Positions 54,269 to 62,272 are shown, numbered from the stretch's first letter. The stretch is DNA of 64,000 nt from Dehalococcoidia bacterium (GCA_965226805.1 CBDDDW010000016.1:9393-73392), one strand, 5' to 3'. Notes: generated from the letters alone by a model not told the origin. Made by a program: numbers and translations.

Positions 54269-54568
54269 TTGATGCCATTGACGAGGCTCCAGTTCGAATT
54301 AGAAATAGACGATCAAATAGAACACCTGATGCGCCAGATTTATCACCAATTGGCGGGAGGTAAGGATTTGGCGTACTCCGAGATTGAGCTTCGGCAGCTT
54401 GCGCTAGGAAGCGACGAGTCTAGTTCGGGATCATCAAAATTTCTTCGTTCGTTAGAAGTCCTGCAGGAAATAGGTGCGATTGAAGGGCGAGAGGTTTTAG
54501 ACCAGCGTTTTTACGCCTTCCTCTCTGAATGCGACACTAGCTCCTGGCAACTGAAAGTACACGTTTGA
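54269..54568 (+). CDS. Small hypothetical protein (99 aa), a distant paralog of the preceding gene.
   Basis: It abuts the previous stop (TAG then TTG/ATG). It shares the pattern 'aromatic-S/T-x-x-E-I/L…L-x-x-L…(R/G)x(V/I)…(F/W)Y(T/A)(I/F)'. Confidence 0.45.
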   Translation: MMPLTRLQFELEIDDQIEHLMRQIYHQLAGGKDLAYSEIELRQLALGSDESSSGSSKFLRSLEVLQEIGAIEGREVLDQRFYAFLSECDTSSWQLKVHV

Positions 54569-54608
54569 AGCTCTGGTGTAGTGTTTCAGCCAGACCGATC
54601 CACTTGCA

Positions 54609-55586
54609 GTGGCTGCATCTAACACACTCGTCCTCTTCATAGTCGGCCCCACCGCCGTCGGCAAGAGCGCCCTCGCCCTCCATGTCGCGAAGGCCCTCGG
54701 CGGCGAGATAATCAACGCCGACAGCCGCCAGATATATCGTCACATGGACATCGGCACCTCGAAGCCCTCCACCGAGGACCGAGCAGCGGTACGCCACCAC
54801 CTGGTGGACATCAGGGACCCCGACCAGGAGTTCAACCTTGCGGCCTTCCTGGAGCTGGCTCGTGATGCCATCCAATCGATTCACGGCCGAGGTAAGCTCC
54901 CCGTCGTAGCCGGAGGCGCCGGGCAGTATATCTGGGCCCTGCTGGAAGGCTGGCAGGTCCCACAGGCTCCTCCCGACGATAGTCTCAGGCAGGAGTTGGG
55001 GGAGCGGGCAAAGCTGGAAGGGGCCGAGGCGCTGCATGAAGAGCTGCGGCGCCTGGACCCCGAGTCCGCTGCAAGAATAGACCCTCGGAACGTGCGGCGG
55101 ACCATCCGTACCCTTGAGATTTACCACGCCACCGGCCTAACCCCTTCTACCGTCCGACTCAAACTGCCGCCCGAACACGAATCCCTCATCCTGGGCATTA
55201 CGACCGGCAGGAAGGCCCTATACGACAAGATAGACCGACGTGTTGACCAGATGTTGGATCGCGGCCTGGTCGATGAGGTGAGGGGTCTGCTCAATAAGGG
55301 ATATTCTCCGGGCCTGACATCCATGTCCGGTCTGGGCTATAAGCAGATGGTGGATTACCTGCGGGAGGCGCTGAGCTTGGAAGAGGCGGCCCAGCGGGTC
55401 AAATACGAGACACACCGCTTTGCCCGGCACCAGTACGCCTGGTTTCGCCCAGGAGACCCACGCATCAGATGGCTGAAGGCGGGTCCCAGGCTGAACAGTA
55501 GCGCGGCGGGCATGGTGGCGCGAACCTTAGTGCGCTCCGAGGGATATGGTAGAATAGCTTCAGCCACCGAGGAGAGACCCCGATGA
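54609..55586 (+). CDS. miaA: tRNA dimethylallyltransferase.
   Basis: 'IVGPTAVGKSALAL' (P-loop), 'INADSRQIYRHMDIGTSKP', 'HHLVDI' and 'ARHQYAWF'. Confidence 0.9.
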   Translation: MAASNTLVLFIVGPTAVGKSALALHVAKALGGEIINADSRQIYRHMDIGTSKPSTEDRAAVRHHLVDIRDPDQEFNLAAFLELARDAIQSIHGRGKLPVVAGGAGQYIWALLEGWQVPQAPPDDSLRQELGERAKLEGAEALHEELRRLDPESAARIDPRNVRRTIRTLEIYHATGLTPSTVRLKLPPEHESLILGITTGRKALYDKIDRRVDQMLDRGLVDEVRGLLNKGYSPGLTSMSGLGYKQMVDYLREALSLEEAAQRVKYETHRFARHQYAWFRPGDPRIRWLKAGPRLNSSAAGMVARTLVRSEGYGRIASATEERPR

Positions 55587-56446
55587 AATTCACCAAGATG
55601 CAGGGGGCGGGCAACGACTACATCTTTATCGACGCCCGTTCTCTGGAGACGGACTGGCCTGTCCTGGCGCGGGCCATGAGCGACCGCCATTTCGGAGTGG
55701 GCGGTGATGGGATAATCCTCATCCTCGACTCGGAGGTGGCTCACCTCAAGATGAGCATGTTCAACGCCGACGGCTCGGAGGGGGAGATGTGCGGCAATGG
55801 CATCCGGTGTTTCGCCAAATATGCCATCGAGCGTGGCATGGCCCAGCCCGATGGGTCGGGCCTGCGCGTGGAAACCCTTAGCGGCATACGGATCGTCCAG
55901 CCGCTCTTGAGTGACGGCAAGATAGCGCGTGCCAGAGTCGCTATGGGAGGGCCCACGCTGGACCCCAAACTGGTTCCAGTGGCGCTTCCGTCGCGGCCAT
56001 CTGAGAGTGCTGGGGGACCCGTACTAAATTACCCGGTGGAAATTGGTAACACGCCTCTCGAGCTGAGCTTCGTATCTATGGGCAATCCCCACGCCGTGGC
56101 CTTCATTCGGCAGCCTGTTGATGAGTTTCCCCTGCATAAGGTGGGACAGCAGGTGGAGCACAACCCCATGTTCCCCAGGCGCGTCAACTTCGAGATCGTT
56201 AACGTGGAGGGAGCAGGGAGGCTGAAGGCCAGGGTGTGGGAGCGCGGCTCGGGCGAGACGATGGCCTGCGGGAGCGGCGCCGCGGCCATTGCCGTGGCTT
56301 CGCGGCTGCTGGGCCTCAGTGACGGCAACGTTGACATAACGCTCCCTGGCGGTGTCCTGAACGTCAGCTGGGACGGCGACGGAGAGGTGTACCTGGAAGG
56401 GGATGCCGTCGAGGTGTTCGAGGGGGAGTGGAACCTAGGTGATTAG
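55583..56446 (+). CDS. dapF: Diaminopimelate epimerase.
   Basis: 'KMQGAGNDYIFID', 'NADGSEGEMCGNGIRC', 'SMGNPHAV' and 'GETMACGSGA'. An ATGA overlap joins it to miaA. Confidence 0.9.
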   Translation: MKFTKMQGAGNDYIFIDARSLETDWPVLARAMSDRHFGVGGDGIILILDSEVAHLKMSMFNADGSEGEMCGNGIRCFAKYAIERGMAQPDGSGLRVETLSGIRIVQPLLSDGKIARARVAMGGPTLDPKLVPVALPSRPSESAGGPVLNYPVEIGNTPLELSFVSMGNPHAVAFIRQPVDEFPLHKVGQQVEHNPMFPRRVNFEIVNVEGAGRLKARVWERGSGETMACGSGAAAIAVASRLLGLSDGNVDITLPGGVLNVSWDGDGEVYLEGDAVEVFEGEWNLGD

Positions 56447-56459
56447 GGGGAGGTAGATT

Positions 56460-56723
56460 GTGAAGCTGTACAGATTACCCCTTGTAATGTATGAGCCGAG
56501 CGAGGATGCGGAGGGTAAGTACAGGGCTGAGGTTCCTGCCCTTTCAGGCTGCCGGGCTTGGGGAGACACGGCTGCTGAGGCTCTGGAGAACCTCCAAGGC
56601 GTGGCTACAGCGTTCATCGAGTCCTATCGTGCCAGAGGAGATTCACTCCCTCCGGAGGTGGAGCAAGCTTCCTCGGGATCAAATGACACTCGAATTGAGG
56701 GTGAGGTACTAGTCGCAGCTTGA
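56460..56723 (+). CDS. hicB: HicB-family antitoxin (UPF0150-like).
   Basis: 87 aa; 'YRAEVPALSGCRAWGDTAAEALENLQGVATAFIE'. Confidence 0.7.
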   Translation: MKLYRLPLVMYEPSEDAEGKYRAEVPALSGCRAWGDTAAEALENLQGVATAFIESYRARGDSLPPEVEQASSGSNDTRIEGEVLVAA

Positions 56724-56930
56724 ACTATCGCCAACTTACGCGCAAACTGCGTCAACTGGGCTGTGAATTTGACCGGAGCGCCAAGGGCGATCACGAAATA
56801 TGGATAAACATTCGGTACTCACGCGAGGACCACGATCCCCAATTGGGGCAGTAAGGATCTCAAGGCCGGCACGATATCGGGGATCCTGCGAAACCTGGGC
56901 GTTTCCAGAGAGAGGTTCGAAAGGGTATGA
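56720..56930 (+). pseudogene. hicA: HicA-family toxin gene, frameshifted.
   Basis: Frame A (a TTG overlapping the hicB TGA) reads 'NYRQLTRKLRQLGCEFDRSAKGDHEIWINI…' and stops at 56852. Frame +1 from about 56808 reads '…ARTTIPNWGSKDLKAGTISGILRNLGVSRERFERV*'. Together these make a complete HicA. Confidence 0.7.
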
Positions 56931-56973
56931 AATACTTTACTGGGGCGGCGGTTCTAGGAGAGGAGCGACAGAC

Positions 56974-58149
56974 TTGAAGTTTTCCAAGCGCCTTGACCGG
57001 CTCGCCCCATATCCCTTCGTGGAGATCTCGCGGATCATTGCCGAAAAGAAGGCTGCTGGGGCAGATGTGGTCACCTTCGGTATTGGCGATCCGGACTTAC
57101 CTACGCCCTCCCACATCGTGGAGCGGCTGGTCCAGGCTTCCTACGAGCCACCGAACCACCGCTACCCTGAGACCGACGGGCTCCCAGAGCTGCGAAGGGC
57201 CATAGCAGGCTGGTACTCGAGCAGGTTCGGCGTGACACTCGACCCAGACACCGAAGTCCTGCCGCTCATCGGTGCCAAAGAGGGCATCGGGCACGTGGCT
57301 TTGTGCTTCCTGGACCCTGGAGATACCGCGTTGGTGCCGGACCCAGCCTACCCCGTTTACGGAGTCGGGACGATGTTCGCTGGAGCGGAGAGCTACCCGA
57401 TGCCTCTTGTGGAGGAGAACGGCTGGCTTCCCGACCTGGAGGCCATACCCCAGGTCGTTGCCGGCGACGCCAGAGTGATGTGGTTGAACTACCCCAACAA
57501 CCCCACGGCCGGTATAGCTGACGAAGCCTACTATCGCAAGGTAGTGGACTTCGCTCGAAGGAACGATATCGCCGTGCTCCACGACGCCGCCTATAGCGAG
57601 GTCGTCTACGATGGTTACAGAGCACCCACCTTCCTGGAAGTGGAGGGAGCCAGAGAGGTCGGAATTGAGTTCCACTCCCTATCCAAATGTTTCAACATGA
57701 CCGGCTGGCGTATAGGCATGGCGGTGGGGAACGCCGACATGATCAAAGCTCTCTTCAGGATTAAGTCCAACCTAGACTCCGGGATACCCCAGGCGATCCA
57801 GGAGATGGCTATCGAGGCCCTATCCGGTTCCCAGAAGCCCATCGCCGAAAACAACGCCATCTATCAGCGTCGCCGGGACAAGCTCGTTGACGTGCTGACG
57901 AAGATGGGGCTACGTGTGACGCCGCCCAAGGCGTGTCTCTATATCTGGGCCCGGGTTCCCGAAGGCTATACCTCTGCCGGGTTCGCCCAGAGCCTCCTGG
58001 AGGACCTGACAATCGTGGTGACACCCGGCTCCTCCTACGGCCAATACGGTGAAGGCTACATCCGCCTCTCCCTTACCACCCCGGACGACCAGGTGGACAA
58101 GGGTGTGGAGCGCCTGGCATCCTGGAAAATACCGCCCGCCCAAGGCTAG
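56974..58149 (+). CDS. dapL: LL-diaminopimelate aminotransferase.
   Basis: 'RLAPYPFVEI', 'FGIGDPDLPTP', 'YPETDGLPELR', 'NYPNNPT' and 'HSLSKCFNMTGWRIG'. The TTG at 56974 has an AGGAGAGGAG RBS. The ORF-track start at 56800 reads through the hicA remnant. Confidence 0.8.
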   Translation: MKFSKRLDRLAPYPFVEISRIIAEKKAAGADVVTFGIGDPDLPTPSHIVERLVQASYEPPNHRYPETDGLPELRRAIAGWYSSRFGVTLDPDTEVLPLIGAKEGIGHVALCFLDPGDTALVPDPAYPVYGVGTMFAGAESYPMPLVEENGWLPDLEAIPQVVAGDARVMWLNYPNNPTAGIADEAYYRKVVDFARRNDIAVLHDAAYSEVVYDGYRAPTFLEVEGAREVGIEFHSLSKCFNMTGWRIGMAVGNADMIKALFRIKSNLDSGIPQAIQEMAIEALSGSQKPIAENNAIYQRRRDKLVDVLTKMGLRVTPPKACLYIWARVPEGYTSAGFAQSLLEDLTIVVTPGSSYGQYGEGYIRLSLTTPDDQVDKGVERLASWKIPPAQG

Positions 58150-58224
58150 GGAGAGCTTCCAATAGCCAGAAGGACCATTGCCACCGAACCGCCTGCTGAG
58201 CGAGCCCTTCTAGTCGGGGCGCGC

Positions 58225-59313
58225 GTGAAGGGGCAAAGTGGTCTTTGGAAGCTGGACGAGTCCCTGGATGAGCTATCCCTTCTAGCGGGCGCCGCCGGAG
58301 CTGAGGTGGTCTCCACCATCAGCCAGAGTGTTGAGAAGCCCAGCCACTACTATGTTGGCACGGGAAAGCTAGAAGAGATCAAGGGGATCATGGCCGAGGA
58401 CGACTGCGTCGTGGCCATCTTCGACGACGAGCTCACTCCAATACAGCAGCGGAACCTGGAGAACGCGCTGGACGTCAAGATCATCGACCGCACCGCGCTT
58501 ATCCTCGACGTCTTCGCCCGCCACGCCCGCACCCGCGAGGGCCAACTCCAGGTAGAGCTGGCCCAGCACCAGTACCTATTGCCCCGTCTGGCGGGCCAGT
58601 GGTCCCACCTGGAGCGCCTTGGAGGCGGCATCGGGACCCGTGGCCCCGGTGAGACCCAGCTAGAGACCGACCGGCGCCTCATACGCCGAAGGATCCAAAA
58701 GCTGGAGCAAGAGCTGGAGCTGGTGCGCAGACGCCGGGTCTCATACATGGAGCGCCGTAAACAGGCAAGGCTGCCCGTGGTGTCCCTCGTGGGATACACC
58801 AACGCAGGCAAAAGCACCTTGTTCAACGCACTTAGCGACGCCCGCGTCGTTGTCCGGGACCAGCCATTTTCCACTCTGGACTCGGTGACACGGCGCATCT
58901 GGCTCCCCAGCGGTGGTCAGGTGCTTCTCACCGATACAGTCGGATTCATCCACAAGCTACCGACCACGGTGATAGCATCCTTCAGGGCGACCCTGGAGGA
59001 GCTCCAGGAGGCTGACCTGCTGCTGCACGTAGTAGACATAACCCACCCCAAGGCCCCAGAGCAGGCTGAGGTGGTGGAAAGTACGCTGACAGACCTGCGA
59101 CTGCGCCAGAAAGCTAAGCTGCTGGTGGTAAACAAGATGGACCAGGTCGTCCCGCGTGATAACGGCGAGGACCGGGCCGGCGTGGTCGCCCTCACCGCAG
59201 AGCCGGGCGTGCTGGTCTCTGCCGCCCTCGGCTGGAACCTGGATGAGCTTCTTCAGAAGATCGAGAGCCGCCTCAGTGAGTTGGGTGTGCTGACCGCGCC
59301 GGACCGGAGTTAA
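58225..59313 (+). CDS. hflX: GTPase HflX.
   Basis: 'REGQLQVELAQHQYLLPRL', 'GPGETQLE', 'VSLVGYTNAGKSTLFNAL', 'DTVGF' and 'NKMD'. The N-terminus probably extends upstream (see findings). Confidence 0.85.
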   Translation: MKGQSGLWKLDESLDELSLLAGAAGAEVVSTISQSVEKPSHYYVGTGKLEEIKGIMAEDDCVVAIFDDELTPIQQRNLENALDVKIIDRTALILDVFARHARTREGQLQVELAQHQYLLPRLAGQWSHLERLGGGIGTRGPGETQLETDRRLIRRRIQKLEQELELVRRRRVSYMERRKQARLPVVSLVGYTNAGKSTLFNALSDARVVVRDQPFSTLDSVTRRIWLPSGGQVLLTDTVGFIHKLPTTVIASFRATLEELQEADLLLHVVDITHPKAPEQAEVVESTLTDLRLRQKAKLLVVNKMDQVVPRDNGEDRAGVVALTAEPGVLVSAALGWNLDELLQKIESRLSELGVLTAPDRS

Positions 59314-59449
59314 TCATTGGAGCGATCTTGATTGGAGGGATGTCGGCGGCTTTAACGCTGAGGAATTGGTTCGCACAATGTATGTTATGTGAAGAACGGC
59401 AGGGAATATACTTTACATAACGGTTACCTGGCTGTATGTCGCCTCTCCG

Positions 59450-60622
59450 CTAATCAGCCCTTCCGAAGATGGCCACCGAAGCCGTGAAGGATCCCGGCCG
59501 GCCTCCCAAGTTGTGGGTCAGCCCCAGGTCCGCTTTTTTGAGCTGCCGGTCTCCGGCCTTCCCCTGGATCTGCTTGTAGATCTCGTAGATCATCCGGATG
59601 CCGCTGGCGCCCACCGGGTGACCGAAGCACTTCAGGCCTCCGTCGGTGTTTATGGGCAAGTCGCCCTCCAGGGCGAAGCTGCCGGCCTCCACGTCTTCCC
59701 GGGCTCTTCCCCTGGGGCTGAAACCCAGGTCCTCAGCAATGATCAGCTCCGTGATGGTAAAACAGTCGTGGACGCTGGCCAGGTCGATCTGCTCACGGGC
59801 GTTGGTGATGCCAGCCTCCTCGTAGGCGGCGTGGGCGGCCCTCACGTTCTCCGGAAAATGTACGAAGTCCCAATCGTCTCGAAGGATGCCGAAGGAGCCC
59901 ACCGCCAGCCCCAACCCCTTTACCAGTACGTAGTCACGCTTGAAGCTCTTGGCGATCTCCGGCGTGGTAATGATCGCGGCCGCCGCTCCGTCGCTGACCC
60001 CACAGCAGTCGTATAGCCCCAGGGGCCACGCGATCATGGGGGCGTTCATGATCTGCTCCACGCTCACCTCCCGCTGGAAGTGGGCCTTGGGGTTCAAGGT
60101 GCCGTTGTGGTGGTTCTTCGAGGCTATCTGCGCCAGTGTGCGCTTTCCCTCTTCGTAGGACATGCCGTAATGGTGGAAGTAGCGTGTGGCTGCCATGGCG
60201 AACTGGGACGGGGGCGGGCTGGGCGGGGTTACCTCGCTGCCCACCCCATCGGACAGGGCTAGGCCCGAGAAACCGGAGTCCTTGAGCTTCTCCACTCCCA
60301 GCGCGAGTACGATGTCGTAGATCCCGGCGGCCACGGCGTAGCTGGCGTTCCTGAAGGCGTCGGTAGCAGTGGCGCAGGCGTTTTCCACCCTGGTTATGGG
60401 CACATAGTCCAGTTTCAAGGCCTGAGCCAGGGGCTGGCCGGTCCGGAAGGTCTGCACCGTGCCGAGCCAGGCTGCCTGTATGTCCTTGGAGTCGGTCCCA
60501 GCGTCCTCATATGCCTCGTACGCGGCCTCCACCATGAGGTCGGCGGCGCTCGCTTCCCACCGTTCTCCGAACTTGGTGCAGCCCATCCCTATTATCGCGA
60601 CTCTGTCCCTTATACCCTGCAT
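59450..60622 (-). CDS. Thiolase-fold protein (archaeal/SCP-x-type acetyl-CoA C-acyltransferase-like).
   Basis: 390 aa; 'RVENACATATDAF' (nucleophile Cys) and C-terminal 'GLKCFGHPVGASG' and 'HNLGG'. Confidence 0.75.
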   Translation of the reverse strand: MQGIRDRVAIIGMGCTKFGERWEASAADLMVEAAYEAYEDAGTDSKDIQAAWLGTVQTFRTGQPLAQALKLDYVPITRVENACATATDAFRNASYAVAAGIYDIVLALGVEKLKDSGFSGLALSDGVGSEVTPPSPPPSQFAMAATRYFHHYGMSYEEGKRTLAQIASKNHHNGTLNPKAHFQREVSVEQIMNAPMIAWPLGLYDCCGVSDGAAAAIITTPEIAKSFKRDYVLVKGLGLAVGSFGILRDDWDFVHFPENVRAAHAAYEEAGITNAREQIDLASVHDCFTITELIIAEDLGFSPRGRAREDVEAGSFALEGDLPINTDGGLKCFGHPVGASGIRMIYEIYKQIQGKAGDRQLKKADLGLTHNLGGRPGSFTASVAIFGRAD

Positions 60623-60653
60623 GATATGCTCCTCGATGTGTTATGTTAAGAAC

Positions 60654-62102
60654 TCATCTGACCGGAATGGATTTCCAGTAGTAATTGTGTATCCCGTTCA
60701 CGACCCTCAGCTTGCGGAAGCTCATCTCCACCGGCATGTCAACGTGTAACTCGTCCAGCTCGCGATCGGTCATCATGCAGAGTATCCGGCCACCGCCATC
60801 GAAATTGACCACTGTGTTCACCAGCGGGGAGTCGACGGTCCCTGCGAGATAGTCCATCGAGTAGGTGAAAATCGTGCCCTTCTTGTCGGACAGAGGAAAC
60901 GCTTGAAAGTCGTCCCTCGCCTGGCATTCGGCACACACCCTCTGTGGTGGATATTGGATGTAGCCGCAGCTGTTACACTTGGCCCCGTGGAGGCGAATAT
61001 TCTGGTCCGTTTCACGCCAGAGGGCGGTTACGGAAGGCACCGCAGGCGGTGGGCGCCTGGCTGCCGCGTCTGAGGTCCATATGTCTCTCCACCGGGCATA
61101 GGTTTCGTAGCTGTCGAGTACCTTCTTCGACTCAAGCTGATGTTTCAGCCCGTTCCGTGGCGTCGGGCCCCCGGATTCGCCGTTCACGCGGAATGAGAGG
61201 ACGTCGCTGCCGTCGCCATAGCTGGCTGCGAGGACCAGCTCTCCGTCCCTGCAATCCTCCAGCGCCCCCAGGAGTGTCATGAGCGGGAACGCGGCGCCGG
61301 TGTTGCCGACCTTTCCAAATAGGGGGTCCTGAAGCTGTTCCTGGGAGAACCCCAGGCGACGGCCCATCTGGGAGTGGCGCCTGGCGTCTGGCGCGTAAAG
61401 AGCCACCCTGGCGAAATCTCTGGGCGTGAGCTCGTACTTTGCGGTGAAGCCAGTCACGGCCTCGACCAGGATACGCTCGTATCCCTCCTCGATCATGAAC
61501 CGGTCCTCCCAGGACCGCACAAAGGTGTCTCCCTGGGAACGCCATAGGTCCAGCATGGTCTCGCTGATGGAGTGGGTCCCCTCCAGGGTGGCCGTCACTC
61601 CATCTTGGGCTAGGAGGACGGCGGCTGCCCCGTCTCCCAGGTTGCGCTCCATGTCGCCTCTGGGGGCGGCCAGACGTGTGTCGGCCGCCACCACGAGGAC
61701 ATGTCCGGCGGAGCCCGCCCTGATTGAGTCCGCAGCCATCTTTATCCCAGAGGTGCCCGCCCTCAACACTCCTGCCACGTCCGCTGTGAAGATATCCCGC
61801 CGCAAGTCCAGGGCGGTCGCGATTATGGAGGCGCATTGTTTCTCGACGTATGGTGGAGTAGTCGTCGCGAACAGAAGTCCGTCCACGGTCTCCCGGTCGA
61901 TGTCCCTGAGGCAGTCCTTGCCGGCGGCCACTGCCATCGTCACGCTGTCCTCGTCGAAATTGGCGATCGCCTTCTCCGAGGAGGAACCCCAGCCCGCCGT
62001 GTCCTTCCCTAGCCGGTATTTGGGGATGTAGACCCCTGAGGCTCTGATCCCGACCATGCTCACCTTCTCATAATACTTGTTCCAATCGTAGCAGTCCCCC
62101 AT
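60654..62102 (-). CDS. HMG-CoA-synthase/FabH-like domain fused to a C-terminal DUF35 (Zn-ribbon plus OB-fold) domain.
   Basis: The N-terminal ~340 aa contain 'GVYIPKYRL', 'NFDEDSVTMAVAAG' and 'DVAGVLRAGTSG'. The C-terminal part contains 'CNSCGYIQYPPQRVCAECQ…' and an OB-like 'VVNFDGGGRILCMMTD…VDMPVEMSF'. Confidence 0.7.
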   Translation of the reverse strand: MGDCYDWNKYYEKVSMVGIRASGVYIPKYRLGKDTAGWGSSSEKAIANFDEDSVTMAVAAGKDCLRDIDRETVDGLLFATTTPPYVEKQCASIIATALDLRRDIFTADVAGVLRAGTSGIKMAADSIRAGSAGHVLVVAADTRLAAPRGDMERNLGDGAAAVLLAQDGVTATLEGTHSISETMLDLWRSQGDTFVRSWEDRFMIEEGYERILVEAVTGFTAKYELTPRDFARVALYAPDARRHSQMGRRLGFSQEQLQDPLFGKVGNTGAAFPLMTLLGALEDCRDGELVLAASYGDGSDVLSFRVNGESGGPTPRNGLKHQLESKKVLDSYETYARWRDIWTSDAAARRPPPAVPSVTALWRETDQNIRLHGAKCNSCGYIQYPPQRVCAECQARDDFQAFPLSDKKGTIFTYSMDYLAGTVDSPLVNTVVNFDGGGRILCMMTDRELDELHVDMPVEMSFRKLRVVNGIHNYYWKSIPVR

Positions 62103-62165
62103 AGGGGTGTCAATTTGGACCTCCCGCTCTTAGATACCGTGTCGGCCCTGCTCGGAACCATTGTG

Positions 62166-62201
62166 GGATGTCCTCGACCCTTGTCCCGTGTGAGGACATC
62201 C
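62166..62201 (+). promoter_or_regulatory. Perfect 10-bp inverted repeat (GGATGTCCTC-N16-GGACATCC extended to GAGGACATCC), a candidate operator in a divergent promoter region.
   Basis: ggatgtcctc lies at 62166..62175 and gaggacatcc at 62192..62201. A TATGAT -10-like hexamer follows at 62204..62209, 64 nt upstream of the 62273 CDS. Confidence 0.35.
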
Positions 62202-62272
62202 GATATGATACCTAAGGCTTAAACGCTCCGGGTACGGTGCGATACCTCTGAAGTCCTATCCAGGAGGCTACT

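Noticed and set aside
56800-56973. N-terminal 58 residues of the 449-aa ORF-track protein (MDKHSVLTRGPRSP…).
   Set aside because: This is a third-frame read-through of the hicA remnant. The conserved DapL sequence begins at the TTG at 56974, which has its own strong RBS.
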